Positions 30,653-39,430 of a stretch of DNA of 48,255 bases are shown here, piece after piece. Source of the DNA: an uncultured Pseudomonadales bacterium (GTDB lineage: Bacteria > Pseudomonadota > Gammaproteobacteria > Pseudomonadales > IMCC2047). The notes beneath the pieces are model-generated. The model saw nothing but the letters and a program-made list of their open reading frames with translations, ran no database searches and had not been told where the DNA came from. The translations under genes were made by a program, and so were the position numbers. The DNA is taken from positions 1-48,255 of the forward strand of contig CAMYIF010000015.1 of the NCBI GenBank assembly GCA_947258415.1. The letters are read 5' to 3'. How positions within the stretch are numbered: the stretch's first letter is position 1; the number at the start of each line of letters is the position of its first letter.

Positions 30653-31900
30653 CTATTCCGGGATAACAGATTCCAGGGCAATTTGATCGGCGATGGTTTC
30701 ACGTTTGCGAACAATATGAAAACGGTCACCATCAACCAGGACTTCGGCTGCCCGGTTTCGTGAATTATAATTCGAGCTCATGGTAAAACCGTAAGCGCCG
30801 GCTGAACGAATGGCCAGCAAATCGCCCGGCGCAATACACAATAGCCGGTTTTTACCCAAAAAATCACCGGTTTCGCACACAGGCCCGACAATTTCATAAT
30901 ATTCAGTAACGCCCTCGCGCGGACGCACGGGAATTATAGATTGCCAGGCCTGGTACAGCGCCGGTCTCAACAGGTCGTTCATGGCGGCATCGACAACGGC
31001 AAAGTTTTTACCCCGGTTATTTTTCATTAACTCGACCCGGGTAACCAGGATGCCAGCATTTGCAGCGATGGAGCGGCCCGGTTCGAAAATCAGCTTGAGC
31101 TGTCGCCCCCCCAGTTTTTCAACGATAGCGGCCGCGTATTCGCTGGGTAGAGGCGGTGTTTCATTATTGTAAGGTACCCCCAGTCCGCCGCCCAAATCCA
31201 GGTGATCAAGGCTAATATTGTCCTTTCCCAGCTTGTCAACAAGGAGCAGGACCCGGTCAAGTGCGTCCAGGAAAGGTGCCAGTTCGGTCAACTGGCTGCC
31301 AATATGGCAATCTACGCCACGCACCCTGATGTTTGGCAATTGTGCGGCTTGACGGTAGACCCCGGGGGCAAGCTTGATATCAATACCGAATTTATTTTCC
31401 TTCAATCCGGTGGAGATATAGGGGTGGGAACCGGCGTCAACATCCGGGTTAACCCGGATTGAGATGGGGGCAATCTTGCCCACACTGCCTGCTACACGAT
31501 TGATCAGTTCAAGTTCGGTTTCGGACTCGATGTTAAAGCAATACACGTCCACTTCAAGTGCCCGGGCGATTTCGTGAGCCTGTTTGCCAACGCCCGAGAA
31601 AACGACTTTCCGGGGATCCCCGCCGGCGGCAAGTACGCGTTCAAGTTCGCCGACGGAGACGATATCGAATCCGGATCCAAGGCGAGCCAGGATATTCAGG
31701 ACAGCAATATTTGAGTTGGCTTTCACCGCGTAGCAAATAAGGTTGGGATGATCGCCGCAGGCCGACACGTAAGCCCGGTAATGGCGTTCGAGCGTAGCGC
31801 GTGAATAGATGTAGCAGGGGGTGTCAACTTCGGCGGCTATTTTCGAGACAGCGACATCTTCGGCGAACAGCTCACCATTCAGGTAATTAAAATAATCCAT
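30653..31900 (-). CDS. lysA: diaminopimelate decarboxylase
   Basis: PLP-Lys motif YAVKANSN, HIGSQ, LDLGGGLG, GAYGFTMSSNYNSR. 415 aa. Confidence 0.96.
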   Translation of the reverse strand: MDYFNYLNGELFAEDVAVSKIAAEVDTPCYIYSRATLERHYRAYVSACGDHPNLICYAVKANSNIAVLNILARLGSGFDIVSVGELERVLAAGGDPRKVVFSGVGKQAHEIARALEVDVYCFNIESETELELINRVAGSVGKIAPISIRVNPDVDAGSHPYISTGLKENKFGIDIKLAPGVYRQAAQLPNIRVRGVDCHIGSQLTELAPFLDALDRVLLLVDKLGKDNISLDHLDLGGGLGVPYNNETPPLPSEYAAAIVEKLGGRQLKLIFEPGRSIAANAGILVTRVELMKNNRGKNFAVVDAAMNDLLRPALYQAWQSIIPVRPREGVTEYYEIVGPVCETGDFLGKNRLLCIAPGDLLAIRSAGAYGFTMSSNYNSRNRAAEVLVDGDRFHIVRKRETIADQIALESVIPE

Positions 31901-31916
31901 CTTTAGTGGCCGCTAT

Positions 31917-32030
31917 TTAAATGTTAGTTATGACTGCCAGGCTGGATTTTGGCAAATATAAAGGCCCTTTCTGGCCGCAGCCACCAAGTAAAAATAAGCC
32001 TATCAGGGAAAGCAATATCAATTTTTTCAT
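31917..32030 (-). CDS. lptM: small lipoprotein LptM/YifL family
   Basis: MKKLILLSLIGLFLLGGCGQKGPLYLPKSS.. has a lipobox LLGGC followed by the GQKGPLYLP signature of YifL/LptM. It lies immediately upstream of lysA. The 107-aa track ORF is an upstream over-extension. Confidence 0.8.
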   Translation of the reverse strand: MKKLILLSLIGLFLLGGCGQKGPLYLPKSSLAVITNI

Positions 32031-32184
32031 GGGTACAATTTGTTCAACAGGGGTATCCGAATTTCGGCAAGTATAGCGCGAAGCATATGTATTGCCTATG
32101 GCCTGATGCTGCACCGGGGCGGATTTCATGTTAAAAAGATTATAAAAGTGGATCTGGCTGCAATGCCGGTGTCGGGTGGACATA

Positions 32185-32775
32185 ATGATTGAAGACAATG
32201 ACGACAACACATTTTTTAAATCTGTTATGAGTGACGTCAAGCCGTTAAAAACAGATAAAAAAGTCTTGTTGAAAACGCCAAAGGAAAATTCGCCGGGGTT
32301 AGAACAAAGAAGGAGGTCAGCTCAGGCTCCCAGGGAAAATGCGGCGACTGGCTTGTCGCTGGATTATATTACTCCCGTAGACCCGCTGGCCGTGCTCAGT
32401 TTTCTCAGGCCGGGGGTGCAAAAGGGTGTTTTTAAAAAACTGCGCCTGGGCAAGTACCCGATTGATGCACGGCTGGATTTGCACGGGTTGACCGTCAAAG
32501 AGGCGCACGTGGCGGTATTAAAATTTGTTAAAGACTGCGTTAACCACGACGTTCGTTGTGCGCTGGTGACCCATGGAAAGGGTATTGATCGCAAACCTCA
32601 ACCGGCCATGTTAAAGAGTTGTATAGCAACCTGGTTGCCCAATCTCAACCAACTGCTGGCATTCCATACTGCCCGTAAACGACATGGTGGCGCCGGTGCA
32701 ACCTATTTACTGTTGCGTAAAAGCGATAAAAACAGGCGAACCAACTGGGAGCGGCACATCGGTAAACGTGGCTAG
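32185..32775 (+). CDS. smrA: Smr-domain endonuclease SmrA (YdaL-like)
   Basis: ..FFKSVMSDVKPLK.., KLRLGKYPIDARLDLHGLTVKEA, LVTHGKG, HGGAGATYLLLRKS..NWERH. This is colinear with E. coli SmrA. ATG at 32185; the track ORF starts at GTG 32176. Confidence 0.85.
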   Translation: MIEDNDDNTFFKSVMSDVKPLKTDKKVLLKTPKENSPGLEQRRRSAQAPRENAATGLSLDYITPVDPLAVLSFLRPGVQKGVFKKLRLGKYPIDARLDLHGLTVKEAHVAVLKFVKDCVNHDVRCALVTHGKGIDRKPQPAMLKSCIATWLPNLNQLLAFHTARKRHGGAGATYLLLRKSDKNRRTNWERHIGKRG

Positions 32776-32821
32776 TTCGTCTACGGTTGAAGACTGGTTC
32801 GGTAGCCTGAGGGTAAAAGCA

Positions 32822-33154
32822 ATGGCCAGGCAAAGTGAATTCGTTAAATATATTCTGGAAAACATGCACGGCCTGGGCCGGGTCGGGGCCCGTGCCATGT
32901 TTGGTGGCTACGGCATTTTTATGAATGACCTGATGTTCGGGCTGGTCGCCGACGATGTTCTCTACCTGAAAACAGACGAGCAGATAAATTCGATTTTTGA
33001 CGAAAAAAGTCTGCCACATTTTATTTATTATAAACAGGGGAAGCCGACGCAGATGTCCTATCGGCAGGCACCGGAATCCGTGCTGGATGACCCGGATGAA
33101 ATGATCAACTGGGCAAGCCGTAGTTACGCGGCGGCCGTTAGAGCTAAAAAATAG
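32822..33154 (+). CDS. TfoX/Sxy N-terminal-domain protein
   Basis: 110 aa from the ATG at 32822: ..VRVKAMFGGYGIF.. pattern (RAMFGGYGIFMNDLMFGLVADDVLYLKTDE). The track ORF (from 32684) overlaps the smrA 3' end and is over-extended. Confidence 0.8.
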   Translation: MARQSEFVKYILENMHGLGRVGARAMFGGYGIFMNDLMFGLVADDVLYLKTDEQINSIFDEKSLPHFIYYKQGKPTQMSYRQAPESVLDDPDEMINWASRSYAAAVRAKK

Positions 33155-33193
33155 GCTAATGAAACCAGGCGAGGTGACCGGCTTGCAAGGTAC

Positions 33194-33223
33194 AAAAAAC
33201 CCCCTCGGCATCATCTGTGCCGA
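33194..33223 (-). terminator. possible rho-independent terminator for the 33306..33842 gene
   Basis: On the minus strand: TCGGCA-CAGATGA-TGCCGA hairpin (33205-33223), then GGGGG and TTTTTT (33199-33194). The T tract is 5 nt from the stem, so the match is only moderate. Confidence 0.35.
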
Positions 33224-33305
33224 TACAAAAGACCCTCCCGACTAAACGGCAAGGCCGGTAGCCAGCGATGAAAGGAAGTCAGGTCAAAAGTCTGGCATTT
33301 ACTGC

Positions 33306-33842
33306 CTACTTAACGTCTATCGGTGCACCCATATGCCCTTTAAACGGGTTAATGAGAGTAGTGCCTTCACCTGACATTTTGGCTTCAGGATGATGGCGCT
33401 TCATCACCGTTTTGATTTTGGCTTCTTCATCTTTGTGCACATCAACCATAATGAGATATTTGCCGGCCTCGATATCTTTATGGAAGCGGGCAATTTTATA
33501 GCTCTCATGTGCCTGGCCTAAGATCCCACCCAGCCAAGTGCCAAATAATGCGCCGATTAAAAACATCAACGGCAGTGATAGTGCGGGATAACCAGAAGCA
33601 AGGTTAATCAGGAACCCGGCTACCAGGCCGACAAGCCCACCGACAATGACACCGCGCAACGCGCTGTGCACGATATCACGTTCCTGCCAGTATCTGGCTG
33701 AATTAACGTGGTGGCTATACAGTCCCTCCTTGTCCTTGCTCAATACATGAAAATTCCAGTCAGAGATTCCCTCCTTGTGCAGGTCTTCGGTAATCTTTTC
33801 CGCGCTGTCAATTATTGACGTAACATAGTAGATACGTTTCAT
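33306..33842 (-). CDS. hypothetical membrane protein (two Gly-rich TM helices)
   Basis: 178 aa from the ATG at 33842 (AAGGCGG SD): MKRIYYVTS.., with central GVIVGGLVGLVAGFLINLASG and LPLMFLIGALFGTWLGGILG helices. No family recognised by eye. Confidence 0.6.
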   Translation of the reverse strand: MKRIYYVTSIIDSAEKITEDLHKEGISDWNFHVLSKDKEGLYSHHVNSARYWQERDIVHSALRGVIVGGLVGLVAGFLINLASGYPALSLPLMFLIGALFGTWLGGILGQAHESYKIARFHKDIEAGKYLIMVDVHKDEEAKIKTVMKRHHPEAKMSGEGTTLINPFKGHMGAPIDVK

Positions 33843-34084
33843 GGTTAACCGCCTTATTCGGTTAACTCTTTGCGTTGGCAAGAGCCAACCAACAACCCCG
33901 GATGTTTGTACACACCCGGTATAATTTGGACTGACCGAATCGACGTTTGTTCCCGCAGGAAACAGGGGCGTTGGCAGCATGAATCGCCGTGCAAGTGATT
34001 TTATAAGCCTTGTGAAGACAACTTAAAGACAAGGTAGAACTTCTGCTATAGTGCACCCCTTTTCAATTGGGCTTAACCATCATT

Positions 34085-36004
34085 ATGCCGTTATTACGCT
34101 TGAATAAGGTTTCTGTCAGCTTTGGCACCCACGTGCTGCTCGATGAAGTTGACCTCGTGCTTAAGGCCGGCGATAAAATTGGCTTGCTGGGGCGTAACGG
34201 TACCGGGAAATCCACCCTGATAAAGGTCATCGCCGGATTAACCGTGCCAGACAGTGGTGAACGTTGGCTGCGCTCATCAGTAAGGGTCGCCCTGCTGGAG
34301 CAGGTTCTGCCAGTTGCCGACGATCAAACCGTCTATGATGTGGTCGCCAGCGGGTTGCATCGGGTAGGCGACTTGTTAAAGCGTTTTCACCATATTATCC
34401 AGGATTCCGATGCTGACCTGAAACAACTCGAGCGCATCCAGCAAGAGCTGGAAGCCAACGACGGCTGGCAACTGCAGCAAAAAGTCGAGTCGGTGTTAAG
34501 CCAGTTACATTTGCCCGCCGATGTATATATGCGCGATCTTTCGGGCGGCTGGCGGCGGCGCGTTGCCCTGGCGAAAGCACTGGTACGGGACCCCGATATA
34601 TTGCTCCTGGACGAGCCGACCAATCACCTGGATATTCCTGCCATCGAATGGCTGCAGCAACAATTACGCGATTACCGCGGTGTATTGGTCTTTGTCACCC
34701 ACGATCGCGAATTTTTGCAGCAGGTAGCCAACCAGATTGTTGAGCTGGACAGGGGCCACCTGAGTTTGTGGCAAGGTGATTACCAGGGCTTTTTGCGTTT
34801 CAGGGAACAGGAGTTGGCCGCGGAGGACAAGGCCAATAGCGAATTCGATAAAAAACTTGCCCAGGAAGAAACCTGGATTCGGCAGGGTATTAAGGCCAGG
34901 CGGACACGTAACGAAGGCCGGGTGCGAGCGCTGGTAGCCATGCGCAAGGCGCGGAGCGAGCGCCGTGAACGGATAGGCAAAGCCGGTTTTAAACTCGAAG
35001 GGGCGCAACGCGCGGGCAAGATTGTTGCCGAAGTCGAGGGTATTTCTTTTGCTTACGGGAATCAGACCATCATCAGGAATTTTTCTACCCTGGTTATGCG
35101 CGGTGACCGGATTGGCATTGTCGGTGCCAATGGTGCCGGTAAAACGACCTTGATCAGGTTGCTTCTTGGGCAGCTTGAGCCGCAGAAAGGTAGCGTATCA
35201 TTGGGCACCAGGCTTGAAATTGCCTATTTTGACCAATTGCGGGACAACCTCGAGCCTGAAAAAAACCTGATTGAAAACATTTGCGGTGGCAGGGAGTTTA
35301 TTGAAATTGACGGCAAGAGTCGCCACGCCATCAGTTACCTGGGAGATTTTCTATTTAGCCCGCAGCGGGCGCGAACACCGGTCAAGGCGCTTTCCGGCGG
35401 CGAACAGAACCGCGCCATTTTGGCGAAATTATTCAGCAAGCCCGCGAATGTGCTGGTGCTCGACGAACCCACCAACGATCTGGATATCGAAACCCTCGAG
35501 TTACTCGAAGAAATACTGCTGAACTTCAAGGGCACCCTGCTACTGGTGAGCCATGATCGAAAGTTTATGGACAATATCGTGACCAATATTATGGTATTAA
35601 ACAAAGATGGCACCGTAGAGGAGTTTGTCGGTGGCTATTCCGACTGGGTGGCGAAGGGCGGGCGGCTGGAGAATCAGCCGGGTGATGATGAAGAAAGTGA
35701 AATAATACCGGAAAAACCGGAAAGCCATGACGGTTCCAGGACAACGAATATCAACACGTCCCCTGCGAACCCAGAGTCAGCCCCCAAAAAACTAAGCTAT
35801 AAAGAACAGCGAGAGCTCGAGCAGTTGCCGGCAAACATTGAAAAGCTGGAAAAGGAACAATCGGAGATCGAGAATAAAATCGCACAACCGGGCTTTTACA
35901 GCGGCGATCATCTAACCAGGGAGAAGACTCTGGGCAGGCTAACCGAGGTCAGCAACCAACTCGAACATTACTATACTCGCTGGACGGAGCTGGAAGATAA
36001 ATGA
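34085..36004 (+). CDS. uup: ABC-F family ATPase Uup
   Basis: Two ABC cassettes (GRNGTGKST / LSGGWRRR / LLLDEPTNHLD; GANGAGKTT / LSGGEQNR / LVLDEPTNDLD). Linker EFDKKLAQEETWIRQGIKARRTRNEGRVRAL and C-terminal KKLSYKEQRELEQLP, both near-identical to E. coli Uup. ATG at 34085 preferred over the TTG at 34067. Confidence 0.93.
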   Translation: MPLLRLNKVSVSFGTHVLLDEVDLVLKAGDKIGLLGRNGTGKSTLIKVIAGLTVPDSGERWLRSSVRVALLEQVLPVADDQTVYDVVASGLHRVGDLLKRFHHIIQDSDADLKQLERIQQELEANDGWQLQQKVESVLSQLHLPADVYMRDLSGGWRRRVALAKALVRDPDILLLDEPTNHLDIPAIEWLQQQLRDYRGVLVFVTHDREFLQQVANQIVELDRGHLSLWQGDYQGFLRFREQELAAEDKANSEFDKKLAQEETWIRQGIKARRTRNEGRVRALVAMRKARSERRERIGKAGFKLEGAQRAGKIVAEVEGISFAYGNQTIIRNFSTLVMRGDRIGIVGANGAGKTTLIRLLLGQLEPQKGSVSLGTRLEIAYFDQLRDNLEPEKNLIENICGGREFIEIDGKSRHAISYLGDFLFSPQRARTPVKALSGGEQNRAILAKLFSKPANVLVLDEPTNDLDIETLELLEEILLNFKGTLLLVSHDRKFMDNIVTNIMVLNKDGTVEEFVGGYSDWVAKGGRLENQPGDDEESEIIPEKPESHDGSRTTNINTSPANPESAPKKLSYKEQRELEQLPANIEKLEKEQSEIENKIAQPGFYSGDHLTREKTLGRLTEVSNQLEHYYTRWTELEDK

Positions 36005-36207
36005 TCAGGCATGATTCGGTCATCACCTGCCCGCATTGCCGGCACCGGGAAAAAGAGCGCATGCCTGGCAATAGCTGCCAGTATTTTTATCAATGCAAGG
36101 GATGTGGTGAGCTGTTAAAACCACAACCCGGGCACTGTTGCGTGTTCTGTTCTTACGGTTCGGCACCTTGTCCTCCCGTTCAAAAGAAAGCGGGTGGCTG
36201 TGAATGA
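36001..36207 (+). CDS. small Cys-rich protein, GDCCVxC-domain family (zinc-ribbon N-terminus)
   Basis: 68 aa with 12 Cys: CPHC..(18)..CKGC, then GHCCVFCSYGSAPCPP (compare the GDCCVxC motif). The ATG overlaps the uup stop (ATGA), and the stop overlaps the next ATG (ATGA). Confidence 0.75.
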   Translation: MIRHDSVITCPHCRHREKERMPGNSCQYFYQCKGCGELLKPQPGHCCVFCSYGSAPCPPVQKKAGGCE

Positions 36208-36398
36208 AAAAGATGGCGAAAACCGGACTGGTCGGTACAATTATTACGGCAATCTGTTGTTTTACACCTGTCCTGGTGATACTTCTTTCGGGGATAGGCC
36301 TGGCCGCATGGGTCCATTACCTGGATTATGTATTATGGCCCCTGCTGTTGGTTTTTGTTGTAATTGCGATAATCGGCCTGGTTGGAAAGCGGTCCTGA
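36204..36398 (+). CDS. MerF-like two-TM thiophilic-metal transporter
   Basis: 64 aa. ..GTIITAICCFTPVLVILLSGIGLAAWVHYLDYVLWPLL.. parallels MerF (..LVALCCFTPVLVILLGVVGLSALTGYLDYVLLPAL..). It lacks the C-terminal second Cys pair of canonical MerF. Confidence 0.75.
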   Translation: MKKMAKTGLVGTIITAICCFTPVLVILLSGIGLAAWVHYLDYVLWPLLLVFVVIAIIGLVGKRS

Positions 36399-36434
36399 TG
36401 GTTCAGCCTTTTTATACCGCCACGATTGCAAGGT

Positions 36435-36647
36435 TTAGCTGTTTGGTTCCCCGTCCGGGGTTTGGAACACGTGATCAAGGCTGCGGTAATAGGACACACA
36501 CCGGGTACAGCTGCCATTAGCCTCGACCCATTCAGGATGCTCGTTACGAATCTCGCGTAACAACCACTCTTCTGTAATATGTTCAATTGAATCAGTAGGT
36601 TTACCGCATAGAGGGCATATATCTGCCGGGGAAGTTGTGCTGTTCAT
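36435..36647 (-). CDS. hypothetical CxxC...CxxC small protein (putative zinc ribbon)
   Basis: 70 aa, MNSTTSPADICPLCGKP..(32)..CTRCVSYY. GAGG SD 7 nt upstream of the ATG. It is convergent with the merF-like gene and lies 129 nt downstream of argH. No family recognised. Confidence 0.5.
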   Translation of the reverse strand: MNSTTSPADICPLCGKPTDSIEHITEEWLLREIRNEHPEWVEANGSCTRCVSYYRSLDHVFQTPDGEPNS

Positions 36648-36776
36648 GCCAGAGCCTCATACACTCTTTTTATAATTAACCATTAATTCAGTTCTAATAT
36701 AAATGGTTCCTGATTACAAAGTTGGTTATTGCTTGCGTAAAAAAGTATTGAAATAATCTTGTCTCAGACCAGGGTT

Positions 36777-38183
36777 TTACTGGTTGCGCAGCGCAAGCTG
36801 TTCCAATCTTGCCTTTTTTACGGCAGCCCGGACTTGATCTGGCGCAGTTCCACCTAAATGATTCCGGGCATTGATTGACCCTTCGAGCGTCAGCACATCA
36901 AATACATCCTGGTCAATGGCAACTGAAAATTGTTGCAGTTGGCCAAGTGTCAACTCGGATAGATCCTTTTTTTCAGCGATACCAAGGGCTACGGCCTTAC
37001 CTACTATTTCGTGCGCATCACGAAAGGCGACGCCCCGGCGCACAAGGTAATCGGCCAGGTCTGTTGCCGTGGAATAACCGCGCATGGCAGCTTCGCGCAT
37101 TTGCGATTTGTTGGTAACAATTGCCGGGATCATGTCGGCATAGGCGCGCAGGCAACCCTTGAGTGTATCAATGGTGTCGAACAGGGGTTCCTTGTCTTCC
37201 TGGTTGTCTTTATTGTAAGCCAGTGGCTGCGATTTCATCAGGGTCAATAATGCCACGAGATGACCATTCACGCGGCCCGTTTTACCACGAATCAGTTCGG
37301 GTACATCCGGGTTTTTTTTCTGCGGCATAATCGATGAGCCGGTACAGAAACGGTCGGGCAGTTGAATAAAATTAAACTGCGCGCAAGTCCATAACACCAG
37401 TTCTTCAGAAAACCGTGACAGGTGAGTCATAATCAGGCTGCCAACGGCACAAAATTCAATGACAAAGTCACGATCGCTGACCGAATCAAGGGAATTGTTT
37501 GATGCCTTGTCAAAACCCAGTAATTCAGCGGTAAATTCGCGATCAATCGGGTAAGTAGTCCCGGCCAGTGCCGCTGAACCGAGCGGCATGACATTAACCC
37601 GTTTGCGACAGTCTTGCAGACGTTGCAGGTCGCGTACAAGCATTTCAAACCAGGCCATCATATGGTGGCCAAAGGTAACCGGTTGCGCGGTTTGCAAATG
37701 GGTAAAACCCGGCATGACAGTATCTGCTTCACGCTCGGCCAGGTCGAGCAGCCCCGTTTGCAACTGGAGTAGCAAGCCACAAAGCGCATCGATTTCATCG
37801 CGCAAATAGAGACGCATATCCGTGGCGACCTGGTCGTTACGCGATCGACCGGTATGTAATTTTTTGCCGGTATCGCCGATAATTTCAGTCAGGCGATATT
37901 CGATATTCATGTGCAGGTCTTCCAGGCTAACCGACCAGTTAAACTGGTCATTTTCAATTTCCTGGCGCACTTGCTGAAGCCCGGAAATGATTTGGTCACC
38001 CTCGGATTTACTCAGTACACCTACTTTCTGTAGCATGGTCGCGTGGGCTATCGAGCCGGCAATATCGTGATGGTAGAGGCGCCTGTCAAATTCGACGGAA
38101 GCAGTGAAGATTTCGACAAATTCGTCCGTGGCTTCGTTGAATCGACCGCCCCATGGCTTATGTTGTTTATCTTTCTGGCTCAT
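36777..38183 (-). CDS. argH: argininosuccinate lyase
   Basis: [15 protein letters not shown] and the fumarate-lyase signature [16 protein letters not shown]. 468 aa. Confidence 0.96.
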   Translation of the reverse strand: MSQKDKQHKPWGGRFNEATDEFVEIFTASVEFDRRLYHHDIAGSIAHATMLQKVGVLSKSEGDQIISGLQQVRQEIENDQFNWSVSLEDLHMNIEYRLTEIIGDTGKKLHTGRSRNDQVATDMRLYLRDEIDALCGLLLQLQTGLLDLAEREADTVMPGFTHLQTAQPVTFGHHMMAWFEMLVRDLQRLQDCRKRVNVMPLGSAALAGTTYPIDREFTAELLGFDKASNNSLDSVSDRDFVIEFCAVGSLIMTHLSRFSEELVLWTCAQFNFIQLPDRFCTGSSIMPQKKNPDVPELIRGKTGRVNGHLVALLTLMKSQPLAYNKDNQEDKEPLFDTIDTLKGCLRAYADMIPAIVTNKSQMREAAMRGYSTATDLADYLVRRGVAFRDAHEIVGKAVALGIAEKKDLSELTLGQLQQFSVAIDQDVFDVLTLEGSINARNHLGGTAPDQVRAAVKKARLEQLALRNQ

Positions 38184-38338
38184 ATAAGGAACCCTGAAAA
38201 TATCGCTTTGGCTTAAAGTGAACTATTATTGTCTATTGATTGCTTTGCACTTACATGTGGGCAACGTAAATTCCTTGCAATCAATCGAAGTATTCTTGCG
38301 TTGATTATAACATTGCAGCCAGCTTATTGCCGGAAAAA

Positions 38339-39430
38339 ATGGATTTGAGTAACACCCGTAACAGATCAGTCGCAGCAAGTATTGACGACTTTTTTCTGCC
38401 TAACTTCTGTCAGGGGCGAGCCGTTTTTCTGTTGGTGCTGGTGACCGAGCTTTTTGTGCTGGCCATGGTGTTGGCCGCATCCGGCATCATCGGGTTTTCA
38501 TGGGATTACCTGGCACTGGTTTCATTATTTGTTCAATGGATTGTCCTGCTCAACGCCCTGTGTCTTTGTGCATTACGCAGAAGTCTGGCGTTATTGTCCT
38601 TGCCGCAAGCCGTAACTGCGGCGTACGCGTTAATTCTAATCATAACCCTGCTGGTATCGCTGATCGCGCAATGGGTGCTTGCCGGAGCAGACTCTGGACA
38701 GTCCGGATTCCAGGTAAATATAAATACCCTGCTACGCAACCTGATTGTCAGTGCGATAATGACCGGCCTGGTGCTGCGCTATTTTTACGTGCAAAACCGG
38801 TTGCGCCAGAAAGAGCAGGCAGAGTTACAGGCACGAATACAGGCGTTGCAGTCGCGTATCAGGCCGCATTTCCTGTTTAACAGTATGAACATTATTGCCA
38901 GCCTGATCGAGTCAGAACCCGAGACCGCCGAGCGCGTTGTCGAAGACCTGTCGGAACTGTTTCGTGCCAGCCTAAAGCAAGCCGATTCGCCGGTGAGCCT
39001 GGAGCACGAAATAGAACTCTGCAAACGCTATATCGGCATTGAAAAATTGCGTCTGGGAGACCGGTTACGGGTCAACTGGCAGGTCGAGGCCTTGCCTGCC
39101 TCGGCTTCCATTCCCTTGTTGACTTTGCAACCCCTGCTGGAAAATGCAATTTATCATGGCATCCAGCCGCTGGCCGATGGCGGTCAAATCGGTGTTTTAA
39201 TTCAGCATCAAAAGGGTGCGATAAATATCACGGTTAGCAACCCGTGCCCTGAAACAAAAGTTGAGTCCAGTCAAAAAAGTAATCGTATCGCACTGGAAAA
39301 TATTCGCAGCCGGCTGCAGGCGCTTTACGGCGAAAAAGCCAGGCTCAGCACCCACGTGAGTGACGGTGTTTTTGTCACCCAGTTAAGCTACCCGCTGTTT
39401 GATAATGAACTGAAGAAGACCAACCGATGA
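38339..39430 (+). CDS. algZ: LytS/AlgZ(FimS)-type sensor histidine kinase
   Basis: N-terminal multi-TM region, H-box RIRPHFLFNSMNIIASLI, N-box LQPLLENAIYHGI (His_kinase/LytS family). ATGA-coupled to algR. ATG at 38339; the track start is TTG at 38327. Confidence 0.88.
   Translation: MDLSNTRNRSVAASIDDFFLPNFCQGRAVFLLVLVTELFVLAMVLAASGIIGFSWDYLALVSLFVQWIVLLNALCLCALRRSLALLSLPQAVTAAYALILIITLLVSLIAQWVLAGADSGQSGFQVNINTLLRNLIVSAIMTGLVLRYFYVQNRLRQKEQAELQARIQALQSRIRPHFLFNSMNIIASLIESEPETAERVVEDLSELFRASLKQADSPVSLEHEIELCKRYIGIEKLRLGDRLRVNWQVEALPASASIPLLTLQPLLENAIYHGIQPLADGGQIGVLIQHQKGAINITVSNPCPETKVESSQKSNRIALENIRSRLQALYGEKARLSTHVSDGVFVTQLSYPLFDNELKKTNR

Noticed and set aside
31917-32240. 107-aa version of the lipoprotein ORF upstream of lysA
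   Set aside because: Only the last 37 codons (from MKKLILL..) form a signal peptide, lipobox and GQKGPLYLP signature. The upstream 70 codons are unlike any lipoprotein and would bury the signal peptide.
36001-36647. Reading the Cys-rich genes as a mercury-resistance (mer) operon or mobile mer island
   Set aside because: There is no merR, merA, merP, merT, transposase, integrase or flanking repeats. The genes are embedded between uup and argH, with overlaps to uup. It is reported only as an orphan mer-like pair.
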